DNA from: a virus
Reading direction: 5' to 3' (one strand)
DNA length: 64,000 nt
IMG/VR virus record: IMGVR_UViG_3300046532_001566
Span: 32,001 to 96,000 of that record
The translations under genes and the position numbers were made by a program. Each line of letters begins with the position of its first letter. Within the stretch, counting starts at the first letter, position 1. The notes beneath the pieces are model-generated. The model was given only the letters and a program-made list of their open reading frames with translations. It was not told the DNA's origin and made no database searches. Positions 53,807 through 64,000 of this stretch are shown in pieces.

Positions 53807-56356
53807 TTAGAAAGAACCGCCGTCTATGCTCTTGTTATCCAAGGTTTCTGTGCCAGTAAGCGATGCCTTGGTATCTAGTTGAGTTTGAACATTACTTGTA
53901 ACACCATCTACATAATTAAGTTCAGTAGCCGAAGCTGTTATATCTGTTCCTGCAATTTGTAAAGTTGTTGCATTTACTACTCCAGCTCCACTATAAATTA
54001 CAGCTTTATTATTAACAATAGTTCCTGGTGCTGAGCCATCGGTTAAGTTTATTTCCCATCCTGTTGATGTAATTTGAGTATTATTTAAATAAAATAGTGC
54101 AGTTCTTACATAAACTCTATCACTTGTGCTATTTCCAAGATATGTATAAGTACCATTTAAATAAGTAGTTCCACTGTTAGTTATGCCAGTAGCATTAATT
54201 GAACCACCTGACTGGTTGCCTGTAACATTACCTGTTACATTACCTCCGACATCGCCGTTCATAAAACCTGTAAATACAGCAGTTGTGCCACTGTGATTTA
54301 TAACATTGGCTCCATCAAAGAGTAGTTTGAAACTTGGTGTTAAAGTTGTACCTGATGAAAAATTAATTTTACTAATAGCCCAATGATCAAAATCTCCGTT
54401 AGCAGTATGAACGTTTTCAAATTTAAATTTAACACTACTTGCTTTAGCATTTGTTGGTAAAGTAAGTTCTACAGTAGTCCAGGTGGGATATACTTTTGGA
54501 CTTCCGTAATATGTTTGCATAAGTGTGTAACTTGAGCCATTGTTAGTACTATAGTAGATTTTAAAATCATCACCACTATCAGTATTTTCACCACCGTTAC
54601 CACCGGAGGTGTTAGTACCTTGGATTATGTCAAAACCAAGTCTTGTATAACTTGATGTATTAAGGCTTGCAGTTGTAAGGAATCTATAGCCACTAGTGCC
54701 AGCATCTCCTCTAAAACCAAATATACTATTAGCACCTGACGGATTAGCAAAACCAGCTGTACCAGTTCCTGTTCCATTTGTTCTTAATATAATATCTTCG
54801 TAATTACCATAGTTACTTCCACCCGCATTAAATATTCCAGAACCATCTGTTGTAATATTACCACCTGATATAGCAACAGCATATGCTGATGTATTTGATA
54901 CATTACCAGTACTACCTGTTGATGCTGTATTTAAATTAATTTCTAATTCAGTGCCAGTATATGTAGATTTAGAGTCTAATGTTTCACTAAGTGTAACTGG
55001 AAGGTAAGTTCCTAAGTCACTAATTTGCGATTCAGTTATGCTTAGTGCTGATTGATGTCCAGTAACATCTGATTCTGTAACAGTATAATCTGTTAGATAA
55101 CTTGAACTTGCATGATTTCCCCATCCGTATGAGGTATCCCATTGACCAACTTTTGTATCTGTAATGTTATTAGAACCCATATCAATATAGTTTCCATTAG
55201 CATCCAATGTACCACCTAACTGTGGAGTTTTGTCTTCTGATATTTCGTTAACGTCATCTCCATCTGCTTCTGCATTACCACTTGAATCAAATTTACGTGA
55301 TTTCATTTTACCTGATGTAGCATCTCGTTCAATTTTTATTTTTTTACCCGTGCTATCAACTAGTTCAATAGCACTTGCTCTAATTATTTTTCTATTACCC
55401 GAACTATCTTTAATATCAAGATTATCACTGCCATCATTTGTTAGTGTAGCACCGCCTAAATCAATAGTGCTACCTGCTAGGTAAAGGTCATTAAATCTAT
55501 AAGTTGCTGATCCAAGGTCATATGTTTCTGTTGTATCTGGAATTAAGTTTCCTGAGATTGTTGACGCACCAATTGTTTTATTAGTTAATGTGTCTGTTGA
55601 ACTAGCTGTTAGATAACCAGCATCATTTGTAAAAACAGAAACTCCAGAACTTAACGTTGGTACATATGTTTCATCAATACTAAACGTCTTGTGACCAATT
55701 GTATTGTAAGCTGATCCACTTAATCCAGTTCCTGCATTAAGCCAGCCCCAAGCAAATGCCCATTCACCAGTTGTATTATCATATGTTACATTAGATGGAT
55801 AAGAGTCTTTTGAAATTGCTTGTCTTGCTAATGTATCTGAATAGAATTTGTTAGTAGATCCTTCGGTAATATTATCTGTATCTAAAGCATGTTCTGTAAC
55901 AGCAGAAATTATTCCGTTAGACTGTACTGATAAACCTATTAAAGTTGAACCATCTCCATATGAATCTTCTAATCCTGCTACAATTTGCGTTTGCTTAGTA
56001 AACGATAACGATGTTTCGTCTGGAACAATAGTCCCAGTAGTTGTTAATAACCAATTACTTTTACTAAAAGAAGTTCCTTCTTCAACATAAACTGATAATC
56101 CAGAAGTAACTTCAGCAGAACTATCAGCATCAAATGATCTTGCCAATGTTCCGTCTACTGATTTAACATAAATTCCGTTTTGAGTAGCATTAGTTTGTCC
56201 AGTTAACAACACTCTGTCATCTGTAGAAAGTGATACTCCGTCAATAGACGATACTGTTGAATCTATACTAACATTTGTTGACGAAGCAACAAGGACACTG
56301 TCTTTGTAATCAGTTAATCCTCTAATGTGTTTTACTTGGCCTCTAAATAATGGCAT
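53807..56356 (-). CDS. Tail fibre/virion protein with an Asp-box (reelin-like) domain
   Basis: DRVLLTGQTNATQNGIY N-terminal module; DKTPQLGGTLD; YSTNNGSSY Asp-box; ELNYVDGVTSNVQTQL. Confidence 0.7.
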   Translation of the reverse strand: MPLFRGQVKHIRGLTDYKDSVLVASSTNVSIDSTVSSIDGVSLSTDDRVLLTGQTNATQNGIYVKSVDGTLARSFDADSSAEVTSGLSVYVEEGTSFSKSNWLLTTTGTIVPDETSLSFTKQTQIVAGLEDSYGDGSTLIGLSVQSNGIISAVTEHALDTDNITEGSTNKFYSDTLARQAISKDSYPSNVTYDNTTGEWAFAWGWLNAGTGLSGSAYNTIGHKTFSIDETYVPTLSSGVSVFTNDAGYLTASSTDTLTNKTIGASTISGNLIPDTTETYDLGSATYRFNDLYLAGSTIDLGGATLTNDGSDNLDIKDSSGNRKIIRASAIELVDSTGKKIKIERDATSGKMKSRKFDSSGNAEADGDDVNEISEDKTPQLGGTLDANGNYIDMGSNNITDTKVGQWDTSYGWGNHASSSYLTDYTVTESDVTGHQSALSITESQISDLGTYLPVTLSETLDSKSTYTGTELEINLNTASTGSTGNVSNTSAYAVAISGGNITTDGSGIFNAGGSNYGNYEDIILRTNGTGTGTAGFANPSGANSIFGFRGDAGTSGYRFLTTASLNTSSYTRLGFDIIQGTNTSGGNGGENTDSGDDFKIYYSTNNGSSYTLMQTYYGSPKVYPTWTTVELTLPTNAKASSVKFKFENVHTANGDFDHWAISKINFSSGTTLTPSFKLLFDGANVINHSGTTAVFTGFMNGDVGGNVTGNVTGNQSGGSINATGITNSGTTYLNGTYTYLGNSTSDRVYVRTALFYLNNTQITSTGWEINLTDGSAPGTIVNNKAVIYSGAGVVNATTLQIAGTDITASATELNYVDGVTSNVQTQLDTKASLTGTETLDNKSIDGGSF

Positions 56357-56433
56357 ATTTTATCCTTTTAACTGTATCTGACAATGACTTATACATAAGG
56401 TATTTATGTCTTTGTGCTGATAATGTAGAGAAA

Positions 56434-56460
56434 GAATAAGGGGCAAATTGCCCCTTATTC
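56434..56460. terminator. Hairpin/terminator
   Basis: gaataaggggcaa / ttgccccttattc inverted repeat. Confidence 0.7.
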
Positions 56461-56490
56461 AATACTTCTATACTTTATTTTAATTAATGA

Positions 56491-59400
56491 TTAGTATGTA
56501 CCACCATCAATCGTGTCGTTTTCGTTAAGCAATCCATCAGTATTCAATGTACCACCTATAATATAACGAACTGTAACAATGTCGTTAGCTTCAGGGGCAG
56601 TATCAAACACAATAGTTGACTCACTGTTTGCAGTAGTCATTGTGTAAGAATATGTTGGAGCTTGGAAGATACCGTTAACAAAAACTGTAGTATTATCAAT
56701 TGATGCTACTTCGATTCCTGTTAATGTAAAGCTAGTATCTGTACCATTAGCAGTAAAGTTAGAATGGGTTGATGTAGTTGAAAGATCGTTAGTTACGAAC
56801 TCTGCTCCTACTGCGTCCCATACTAGAGCATATCCGTCTTGAACACCAGTAGTACTGACGTCTGACATATCTGCAATACTTGCTAAGGCAATCCGAGCAT
56901 CTGCTCTTGCATTTGTATAGTACTCGTTTACTGCACCTTCTGCTATAGCATCTGTATCAGGAGTATTATATGTAAGTGTTCCTGTTCCAGAAGCATAAGC
57001 AAGGATTGATGAATCATCAGATACTAATGTAATAGCCTGATGTACTCTAGCAGAAGTATGGTAAAGATTACTTGAACCTTCATCTACTTCATCAGTACCA
57101 ATAACAACAACACCTGTTGCTCCATTGACACTAGTTACACCCGCTGTTGATGAAATAACACCTGTTGCAGAGTCATAGCTAATATTAGAACCAGCTGAAA
57201 TTGCCGATCTTGCTCTTGAAGTTGTAAAGTACTGATTAGTAGCACCTTCAGTAACATCATCAGTATCCATTTGTCCAATTGCAAACGTAAATCCGCCTGC
57301 GTTATCATATGACATAATATCCTGGTTATCAGATGTTAAAGATATTGTACTATGTACTCTTGCATTAGTATAGTACTGGTTTGATGCACCTTCAGAAACA
57401 TCATCAGTATCATGGTTTGCTAAAGCAAAACCAATAATACCAGTTCCAGAAGAGTAAGTTAAATCACCACTAACTGAAACTGCGGCTCTTGCTCTAGTGT
57501 TAGTAAAGTAAAGATTGCTTGTACCTTCAGTAATACCATCTGAGTCAGGTGTAGAATAACTAAACACTCCAGTTGCAGAAGAGTAAGTTAAATCTGTACT
57601 TGAGTCTGCACTAACTGCGGCTCTTGCTCTAGCATCTGTGTAGTACTTGTTAACACCTTCAGAAACATCATCAGTATCCGGAGTTGCTTGAGTAGAAACA
57701 CCTGTTGCAGAGTCATAAGTTGTTAACCAACCTGTGCTACTAACAGCGGCTCTTACACGAGTATCAGTATAGTACTTGTTTAATAACCCTTCAGTAACAT
57801 CATCAGTGTCATGATCAGATAAAGCAAAACCAAATACACCAGATGTGTTATAAGTTAAATCACCTGTTGCACTTATTGTACCATGCACTCTTGCAGTTGT
57901 ATAATAAAGGTTATTTGTACCTTCAGCAACACCATCAGTATTACCTTGAGTATATGTTATAACACCTGTTGAGCTGTTATATGCTAGTTCAGTACCGCTA
58001 ACACTAACTGCGGCTCTTGCTCTAGCATCTGTAAAGTACTTATTAGTAGCAACCGGAGATTCATCAATATCATCAGTGTCATGATTACTAACATCTGAAA
58101 CTGTACCAGTTACATCACCAGTTACATCACCAGTTAAATTACCTGTAAATTTAGATGATGCCGTAACTGCACCAACAAAGATATCTTTGTTGAACGTCCA
58201 AGCATCCGTTGCAGATCCATAAAGAATTGTTGCACCGGCTCCAGCAACAGTTAAACCTGCACCGTTTGCCGCGGCCGCATCTGCGGCTCCTGAAGCTACA
58301 GTAATATTAACATCTTCAACTGAAAGATTTGCAGTGTCAATAGTAGTTGTTGTACCGTTAACTGTAAGGTCACCGTCAATAGTAACAGCATTAAACTGAA
58401 CATCAGATGTTGTTCCAACATCCTGGCCAATTGAAATAGCACCAGATGCAATAGCTACACCAGTACCAGCACTAATAGCCGCTTGGGCTCTTGCGTTAGT
58501 AAAGTAAAGATTATTTGAACCTTCAGTAACACCATCTGTAGTTGGTGTAGTATATGAAATAACACCAGTTGAAGCATTATAACTTAACGAACCAGTTGCA
58601 GAAACTGCGGCTCTTACACGAGCATCTGTATACCACTTATTAGTAGCACCTGGAATCTCAAGAATATCATCAGTATCAATAACAACAGTACCAGATGATC
58701 CGTTAACAGTTGCAACTAATGCGGCAGTAGACATAATACCAGTAGTACTATCATATGATAATGCACTACCGCTAACACTAATTGCCGATCTTGCTCTTGC
58801 AGTTGTATAATAAAGATTACTTGAACCTTCACTTACTGTATCTGTATTACCTTGTGTGAAACTAACTACACCAGTTGAAGCATTATAACTTAATGAACCA
58901 GTTGCAGAAATTGCGGCTCTTGCACGAGCCTCTGTGAAGTAAAGACTAGTTGAACCTTCAGTAATACCATCTGTAGTTGGTGTAGAATAATTAAACTCTC
59001 CAGAAGTACTATTGTAAGTCATGTCACTAACAGGTGACACAGATAGTGACGATCTTGTTCTTGCAGTTGTATGATAAAGATTACTTGTACCTTCAGTAAT
59101 ACCATCTGAATCAGGTGTAGTATATGAAATAATACCTGTTCCAGAATCATACGCTATACTTCCACTAGCTGAAACTGCGGCTCTTGCTCTAGCAGTTGTA
59201 TGATAAAGATTACTTGAACCTTCAGTAACATCATCAGTGTCATGATCAGATAAAGCAAAACTAAATTCACCTGCGGCTGAGCTATATTGTAGATCACCTA
59301 TAACAGAAGCACTAACTGCGGCTCTTACTCTTGCAGTTGTATGATAAAGATTACTTGAACCTTCAGTAATACCATCTGTAATTGGTTTAGTATATGTTAA

Positions 59401-60342
59401 AGCTCCGGTTCCGCTATTATAAGAAAGAACTGTAGTATCAGAACTTGTTAATAGAATAGAAGATCTTGCTCTTGCAGTTGTAAAGTATTGATTAGAAACA
59501 CCTTCGTCAACATCGTCAGTATCAAGAACAACAACACCAGTTGCTCCGTTAACGCTTGAAACTCCACCAACAATATTAATCACGCCAGTTGAAGCATTAT
59601 AAGTTCCATCTCCTGAAACAGAAATGCTATCTCTTGCTCGTTGTGTTGAGAAATAAAGGTTACTTGCGCCTTCATCTACTTTATCTGTATCTTGTTTATT
59701 AAAAGTAAAGTCGCCTGTAGACTGACTGTAAGATAATATTGATGTATCATCTGAAGTTAAATCAAGTGCAAGTCGAACTCTTGTATCTGTATAATACTGA
59801 TTAGAAGAACCTTCTAATATACCATCAGATGTTGGATGAGAGTAGGTAATTGCACCAGTTGCAGTATTATAATCTAAAACAGATGTATTATCAGATGTCA
59901 TAGTAATGGCAGCTCTAGCTAACGTAGCAGTGTAATAAATGTTAGAAGAACCTTCTGGAACATCATCTGAAGAAGTAATTAATTGTGCTAATAGGCCGTC
60001 GTCGACATATTTTTTTGTTGCAGAATGTAAATCAGCAGTTGGTGTACCTGAAAGAGTCAAAGACCCAGTCATAGTACCACCAGCTAATGGAAGTTTTTCT
60101 GCTAACGAAGTAGTAACTGTAGTAGCAAAACTGGCATCATCACCAATAGCCGCGGCTAGCTCATCTAATGTATTTAGAAGGGCCGGAGCGGCATTGACTA
60201 AGTTATCAATTTCTGTACCAACGAAACCGGTTGAAGCAATCTGGGTAGAAGCTGTACCTGCGGCCGCTGTTGCCGCTGTAGGTGTTCCACGAAGATCAAC
60301 TGAGTTTATTAACGAACTCGACCGTATTTTAATTAAAGGCAT
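56491..60342 (-). CDS. Large repetitive fibre-like virion protein
   Basis: About 20 copies of TD-x-[VI]-x-EG-x-x-N-[LQK]-Y-[YFH]-T-x-x-R-x-R-x-A-[IV]-S; LNTLDELAAAIGDD module. Confidence 0.75.
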   Translation of the reverse strand: MPLIKIRSSSLINSVDLRGTPTAATAAAGTASTQIASTGFVGTEIDNLVNAAPALLNTLDELAAAIGDDASFATTVTTSLAEKLPLAGGTMTGSLTLSGTPTADLHSATKKYVDDGLLAQLITSSDDVPEGSSNIYYTATLARAAITMTSDNTSVLDYNTATGAITYSHPTSDGILEGSSNQYYTDTRVRLALDLTSDDTSILSYSQSTGDFTFNKQDTDKVDEGASNLYFSTQRARDSISVSGDGTYNASTGVINIVGGVSSVNGATGVVVLDTDDVDEGVSNQYFTTARARSSILLTSSDTTVLSYNSGTGALTYTKPITDGITEGSSNLYHTTARVRAAVSASVIGDLQYSSAAGEFSFALSDHDTDDVTEGSSNLYHTTARARAAVSASGSIAYDSGTGIISYTTPDSDGITEGTSNLYHTTARTRSSLSVSPVSDMTYNSTSGEFNYSTPTTDGITEGSTSLYFTEARARAAISATGSLSYNASTGVVSFTQGNTDTVSEGSSNLYYTTARARSAISVSGSALSYDSTTGIMSTAALVATVNGSSGTVVIDTDDILEIPGATNKWYTDARVRAAVSATGSLSYNASTGVISYTTPTTDGVTEGSNNLYFTNARAQAAISAGTGVAIASGAISIGQDVGTTSDVQFNAVTIDGDLTVNGTTTTIDTANLSVEDVNITVASGAADAAAANGAGLTVAGAGATILYGSATDAWTFNKDIFVGAVTASSKFTGNLTGDVTGDVTGTVSDVSNHDTDDIDESPVATNKYFTDARARAAVSVSGTELAYNSSTGVITYTQGNTDGVAEGTNNLYYTTARVHGTISATGDLTYNTSGVFGFALSDHDTDDVTEGLLNKYYTDTRVRAAVSSTGWLTTYDSATGVSTQATPDTDDVSEGVNKYYTDARARAAVSADSSTDLTYSSATGVFSYSTPDSDGITEGTSNLYFTNTRARAAVSVSGDLTYSSGTGIIGFALANHDTDDVSEGASNQYYTNARVHSTISLTSDNQDIMSYDNAGGFTFAIGQMDTDDVTEGATNQYFTTSRARSAISAGSNISYDSATGVISSTAGVTSVNGATGVVVIGTDEVDEGSSNLYHTSARVHQAITLVSDDSSILAYASGTGTLTYNTPDTDAIAEGAVNEYYTNARADARIALASIADMSDVSTTGVQDGYALVWDAVGAEFVTNDLSTTSTHSNFTANGTDTSFTLTGIEVASIDNTTVFVNGIFQAPTYSYTMTTANSESTIVFDTAPEANDIVTVRYIIGGTLNTDGLLNENDTIDGGTY
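56880..59980 (-). repeat. Coding tandem repeats (roughly 43-50 aa unit)
   Basis: Recurrent accttcagtaa...gtatc / tcttgc DNA motifs in frame with the protein repeat. Confidence 0.85.
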
Positions 60343-60455
60343 GTTTTTAATTTCCTTATGTTGAAATAGTACTCATGTACTATTTTAATTTGCCTAAGTT
60401 TAAGTTTGTTTAGGCCCAACATTTGTGGAAAATATTTTCCAATTTTATATGATTG

Positions 60456-62243
60456 TTAAATTACAACTAACCAATAGTTACGAGATATGCTCGTTAGGCC
60501 TATAGTTGCAATTATCTGAAACTCGTATCTGCAAGGACTGCTCAATGTTGGTGCAGTTCCTACAAGAGTTAAGCCACTAGCCGACAACCATGTCGGAGTA
60601 GCTTCGTTTTGGGAAGTTGCTCCCAAGGTCAATGTTGACCCAGTATTTACTCCTATTGGAAAATTTATAGTGTCTCCACTACTAAAAGTACCAATAAATT
60701 TTGTTGCATCTGTCCATAAAGGATTTGCAGTTCCGTCCGGTTCTGCAAACGCATCTTCAAAAACAAATTCGTTTCCGCTATTATCAATTAACGTAATGGA
60801 TTGATTTCCGGTAAATGTTTCTGCTGTTTTTAATTGCATTTGATTTGCAGATGGATATTCAATGTGTGCAATAGGGATATTTCCTATCTTTGCTCCAAAG
60901 CCATATGCCATCTCAGTAACATTAAATATAATAAGATTAAAGACTGGAGCAGTAGTTACTGAATACGAAATATTTGAAATTTTAGGTCTAGGTCTATCAG
61001 TTGTAGTGTGTCCTAATAATATTCTAACTTCGATAACACTTCCACTTTCGGGTGCTTCGTCAAATACTAACTGATCGCTATTTGTAACAACATAACTGTA
61101 TAAAGGCTTCTGTGCAACTCCATCAACTACTACTACAAGATTATTAGGACTAGGAACATCTGTACCTAAACTAAACTGTAAAGTAGTTCCGTCTCCAACA
61201 TAATTTTTAGTAATTGGTACTAAGGCAATAGTTTGAGGTCTATATTTTGATAATGTACCGTCATATGCAAATAGTTGACCGTCAGTTGGAGATGTATTTT
61301 GAACATCAGTTAAATCACCTATTGCTAAATTAGAAATAGCATTTTGTCTTGCTAAAATTTCTGTATCAAGAGATGTTTGTAATGCATTATCGTTCATTAA
61401 CCTAGTAAGAGCTTCTGCATCAATATTATTTTGTAATGTAGTATCAGCATTACCTCTGTTAAGTACTTCTAAATTAATTGCGGCAATACGAGCAGTTTCT
61501 TCTGCATCAATATTATTTTGTAATATAATATCAGCATTACTTCTATCTATAATTTCTGTATTAACCTTTCCATCAACTAAAGTAATGTTTGAATCATGAA
61601 CCGAATCTGCACTAATGCGAGCAGTTTCTTCGTTAGTAATTGCAGTATCTAACGTTGAAATAGCAGTTTGTCTATCTGATGTTTCTTGTGCAATATCTAC
61701 TGCTAACTGATTGTCTTGTGCTATACGATCAATTTCTTCTGCATCAATATTTCCTTGTAATACATTATGTCCAGCAATACGATTAGTAACTTCGGCCGCT
61801 CTTGCATTGGTTGCAAGTGTATCTGCAAATTGTCTATTAGAAATTTCTTGTGCTAATCCTGATTGTACAGTAGTAAGAGATGTTTGATTAGCTGTAATAG
61901 CACTTAATAAAGTACTATCACCACTTTGAAAAGCTGTAACAATTTCTGATAATGAATCTAGTGTTGCTGGATCAATATTTGAAATAATATTATTAATTTG
62001 AGTTTGTAAATTACTTGCTGTACTGTCAACATATGATAACGCAACTAAGGCATTCCATGTTGCACCGTCAAATACATCTAACTTAGACGAATCAGAATCA
62101 AATCTTATAGCACCTGCGGCCGGGGATACAGGACGTTGAACAGTATTACCTGTTGGTATCTCTATTGCTCCAGTTGCTCCTACCCGTAGTGTACCTGAAC
62201 TAGGTGATAGTTTATCTGTTACTTGATTTGTCTTAATTGCCAT
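60456..62243 (-). CDS. Virion structural protein with coiled-coil repeats
   Basis: P.GNT.QRP...G.IRF N-terminus; repeated LQ.NIDAE..AR..AD; GDGTT..F.L...VDGV.Q.P domain. Confidence 0.7.
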   Translation of the reverse strand: MAIKTNQVTDKLSPSSGTLRVGATGAIEIPTGNTVQRPVSPAAGAIRFDSDSSKLDVFDGATWNALVALSYVDSTASNLQTQINNIISNIDPATLDSLSEIVTAFQSGDSTLLSAITANQTSLTTVQSGLAQEISNRQFADTLATNARAAEVTNRIAGHNVLQGNIDAEEIDRIAQDNQLAVDIAQETSDRQTAISTLDTAITNEETARISADSVHDSNITLVDGKVNTEIIDRSNADIILQNNIDAEETARIAAINLEVLNRGNADTTLQNNIDAEALTRLMNDNALQTSLDTEILARQNAISNLAIGDLTDVQNTSPTDGQLFAYDGTLSKYRPQTIALVPITKNYVGDGTTLQFSLGTDVPSPNNLVVVVDGVAQKPLYSYVVTNSDQLVFDEAPESGSVIEVRILLGHTTTDRPRPKISNISYSVTTAPVFNLIIFNVTEMAYGFGAKIGNIPIAHIEYPSANQMQLKTAETFTGNQSITLIDNSGNEFVFEDAFAEPDGTANPLWTDATKFIGTFSSGDTINFPIGVNTGSTLTLGATSQNEATPTWLSASGLTLVGTAPTLSSPCRYEFQIIATIGLTSISRNYWLVVI

Positions 62244-62741
62244 TTATTTTAGTTGTCCTAACGCTGACCCATTGGATGGGAGATTATGTGTTTTTTCTTT
62301 AGTTCTTCCAAACGCTGTTACTCCAATAACTGCACCCATTGCAACATGGTACAATCCTGCACCTTGTAATGTTAATGGTTGCCATTGTACTGCTACCTGT
62401 CCTCCAGTTGATGCTTCTAATGCTTGTATAATTGCCCAACCAATTGGTGCTAATACAAAATCAAATATACATGTAAACATATACATCCATCCCATCATAG
62501 GGCGCCATTTGTTGTTAACCCAGTGCTCGTTAGTATTCTTTATATCTGTCGAAGCTCCGCCTGCTGTAGTAACTGCGGCGGCATTATCAGTTGCGGCTCT
62601 GCTTGCGGCAACATCAATTACAACATTTCTATTATCACCGGCAACTTGTGCTAGACTATCACTAGTAGATAATTTGTTTTTACTCCTGATACTGATAGAT
62701 GTATCGAACCCAGTATCGTCATAACTGCTTAATTTAGGCAT
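62244..62741 (-). CDS. Holin-like membrane protein (3TM holin family)
   Basis: WRPMMGWMY...FDF..AP, GAVIGVTAFGRTKEK. Confidence 0.65.
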   Translation of the reverse strand: MPKLSSYDDTGFDTSISIRSKNKLSTSDSLAQVAGDNRNVVIDVAASRAATDNAAAVTTAGGASTDIKNTNEHWVNNKWRPMMGWMYMFTCIFDFVLAPIGWAIIQALEASTGGQVAVQWQPLTLQGAGLYHVAMGAVIGVTAFGRTKEKTHNLPSNGSALGQLK

Positions 62742-62805
62742 ATAAAATCTCCATTATGTTATAGTGTTATTTACCGTTTACAGACAATTTTATATAGGTA
62801 AGATT

Positions 62806-63012
62806 TTAACCAATTTGATTTTTAACTATATCTTCTTGAGTAATATTTCTGACAGCATTCCATTTGTTAATAGGACATGATGATTCTGAAAAACTTATCT
62901 TTAAAGCAACTAAGCATCCACATTTTTTGCATTGTTTTGTAAATCTAGTATAAAATTCACAGTTGTGACAATGTTTTGCTCTTGATAATCTGTCTGTCAT
63001 TGATGCTAACAT
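62806..63012 (-). CDS. Small Cys-rich zinc-binding protein (DUF6171-like)
   Basis: R...CxxC......C..CGC....K......CP..KW; start moved to MLASM at 63012. Confidence 0.65.
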   Translation of the reverse strand: MLASMTDRLSRAKHCHNCEFYTRFTKQCKKCGCLVALKISFSESSCPINKWNAVRNITQEDIVKNQIG

Positions 63013-63027
63013 AAAAATACTTATCAA

Positions 63028-63060
63028 GAAAAAAGCATAGCTAGTTTCCTAGCTATGCTT
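63028..63060 (-). terminator. Rho-independent terminator after the major capsid gene
   Basis: AAGCAUAGCUAG-GAAA-CUAGCUAUGCUU followed by a U-run. Confidence 0.85.
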
Positions 63061-63085
63061 AATTTTTTCTTATTACCTAAAAGGT

Positions 63086-64000
63086 TTAGATGAAAGAAAG
63101 TCCTGCTGTTGCGATTGCAATGTTATTAACATAATCAGCCGCGTTACCAAGAGAAGAAGCTGTATTTGAAAGCTCAACATATCCGTAACGTGTCATAAAG
63201 CTGACCGTTGGTTCGAATGTGTTAGGATCAAGTACAACGCCTGAGCTCATTAGAGGAATGTAAGGGCAGTAGAATGCTGGAGCATCCATTTCGTTTCCGC
63301 CTTTATAGCCAATTAGTACAGGAGCGCCGTCACCAGCATAATGGTTAACGTAAACTCTTACTGAGCTATTAAGTGTTCCAACAAACTTAGTATTTGTTGG
63401 TGCTTCAAATGTACCTTCAGTTGTTCTTGCAAACGCTGAAGTTGTAGCAGATTGTAGAATTGTTAAAGCTGTTGGGCTTACAACAATGTAGTTACCTGCG
63501 CCACGTCTTGTGCGAGAAGCAATATCGTTAGCGGCTCTATTAATAAGAACTGCTAATGCGGCATGCTCATCACCAACGAAGTTGGCTGTACCACTAACTG
63601 AGGCTTGGTCGTATGTACCGAAAGCACTACCAGAAAGTGAAGTAAGAGATTGGATAACCTCCTGATCAATTTCAGCAGTAATTTCTTGTGCAAGAGCGGC
63701 CATAATCTCAGCTTCAACGTCAACACCATGAATGGCTTGTGCGTCTTGAGCGGCTTCAAAAGTCCAACGAGCTGATAGCTTACGAGACTTAGCTTCTACA
63801 GTTTCTTTAAGGATCTGGATGGACATTTTATTACCACCGGTTCCTTCTTTAGATGCTGTAGCGTCTGCTTTACCAGCGGCATCACCTGAGTACTGGTTAG
63901 CAATAGCAAATGGGCTAAGAGCTTCATCACCAGCAACAACTTCTGCACCAACTTGTCCGTCTTCGTTTGTAGAAGCGGCAACCGCTTCAGCATAACGTAC
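63086..64000 (-). CDS. Major capsid protein (gp23-like), 3' part
   Basis: VEAKSRKLSARWTFEAAQD, EIDQE, TRRGAGN, FYCPYIPL, FMTRYG; the frame stays open to the window edge (VRYAE...). Confidence 0.96.
   Translation of the reverse strand, partial: VRYAEAVAASTNEDGQVGAEVVAGDEALSPFAIANQYSGDAAGKADATASKEGTGGNKMSIQILKETVEAKSRKLSARWTFEAAQDAQAIHGVDVEAEIMAALAQEITAEIDQEVIQSLTSLSGSAFGTYDQASVSGTANFVGDEHAALAVLINRAANDIASRTRRGAGNYIVVSPTALTILQSATTSAFARTTEGTFEAPTNTKFVGTLNSSVRVYVNHYAGDGAPVLIGYKGGNEMDAPAFYCPYIPLMSSGVVLDPNTFEPTVSFMTRYGYVELSNTASSLGNAADYVNNIAIATAGLSFI

Noticed and set aside
56880-59980. Regularly spaced DNA repeats resembling a CRISPR or DGR array
   Set aside because: Degenerate, in frame and explained by protein repeats; no cas or reverse transcriptase gene in the window.
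63796-63993. 65-aa ORF upstream of the capsid ORF
   Set aside because: Off-frame overlap; the capsid frame itself is open to position 64000.
1-64000. Stop-codon reassignment as seen in some large phages
   Set aside because: Core genes are full-length in code 11 and coding density is high; TAG and TGA end genes at sensible positions.

Overview
AT-rich 64 kb segment of a large lytic T4-superfamily (jumbo-type) myovirus genome. It is almost entirely on the minus strand, uses the standard genetic code, and shows no tRNAs, CRISPR array or integrase. Its gene content resembles Rak2/GAP32-type jumbo phages, probably of aquatic origin. It holds (i) an accessory block with a complete TRAP transporter (dctQ-dctM-dctP), a cold-shock protein and a second, signal-less DctP-like protein; (ii) nrdAB; (iii) a cluster of probable internal head/ejected proteins with MKIT-type leaders, one with ligase-superfamily motifs; (iv) a replication/recombination block (gp41 helicase, primase, a 193-aa miniature C-family DNA polymerase, UvsW, UvsY, UvsX, gp32); (v) packaging and virion genes (terminase, gp4, tube, sheath, gp13/14/15, fibre proteins, major capsid 3' end). 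Two promoter classes are readable: sigma70-type TTGAC-N17-TA(T)ACT/TATAAT and late-type TAA(A/G)TA. The most unusual signals are: a GGCUCA-repeat motif shared between the SSB (gp32) leader and a long structured leader of a small membrane (holin-like) gene; a systematic set of at least eight apparently leaderless transcripts; and a phage-encoded TRAP system under a late promoter. All protein calls are by motif recognition only; no searches were run.
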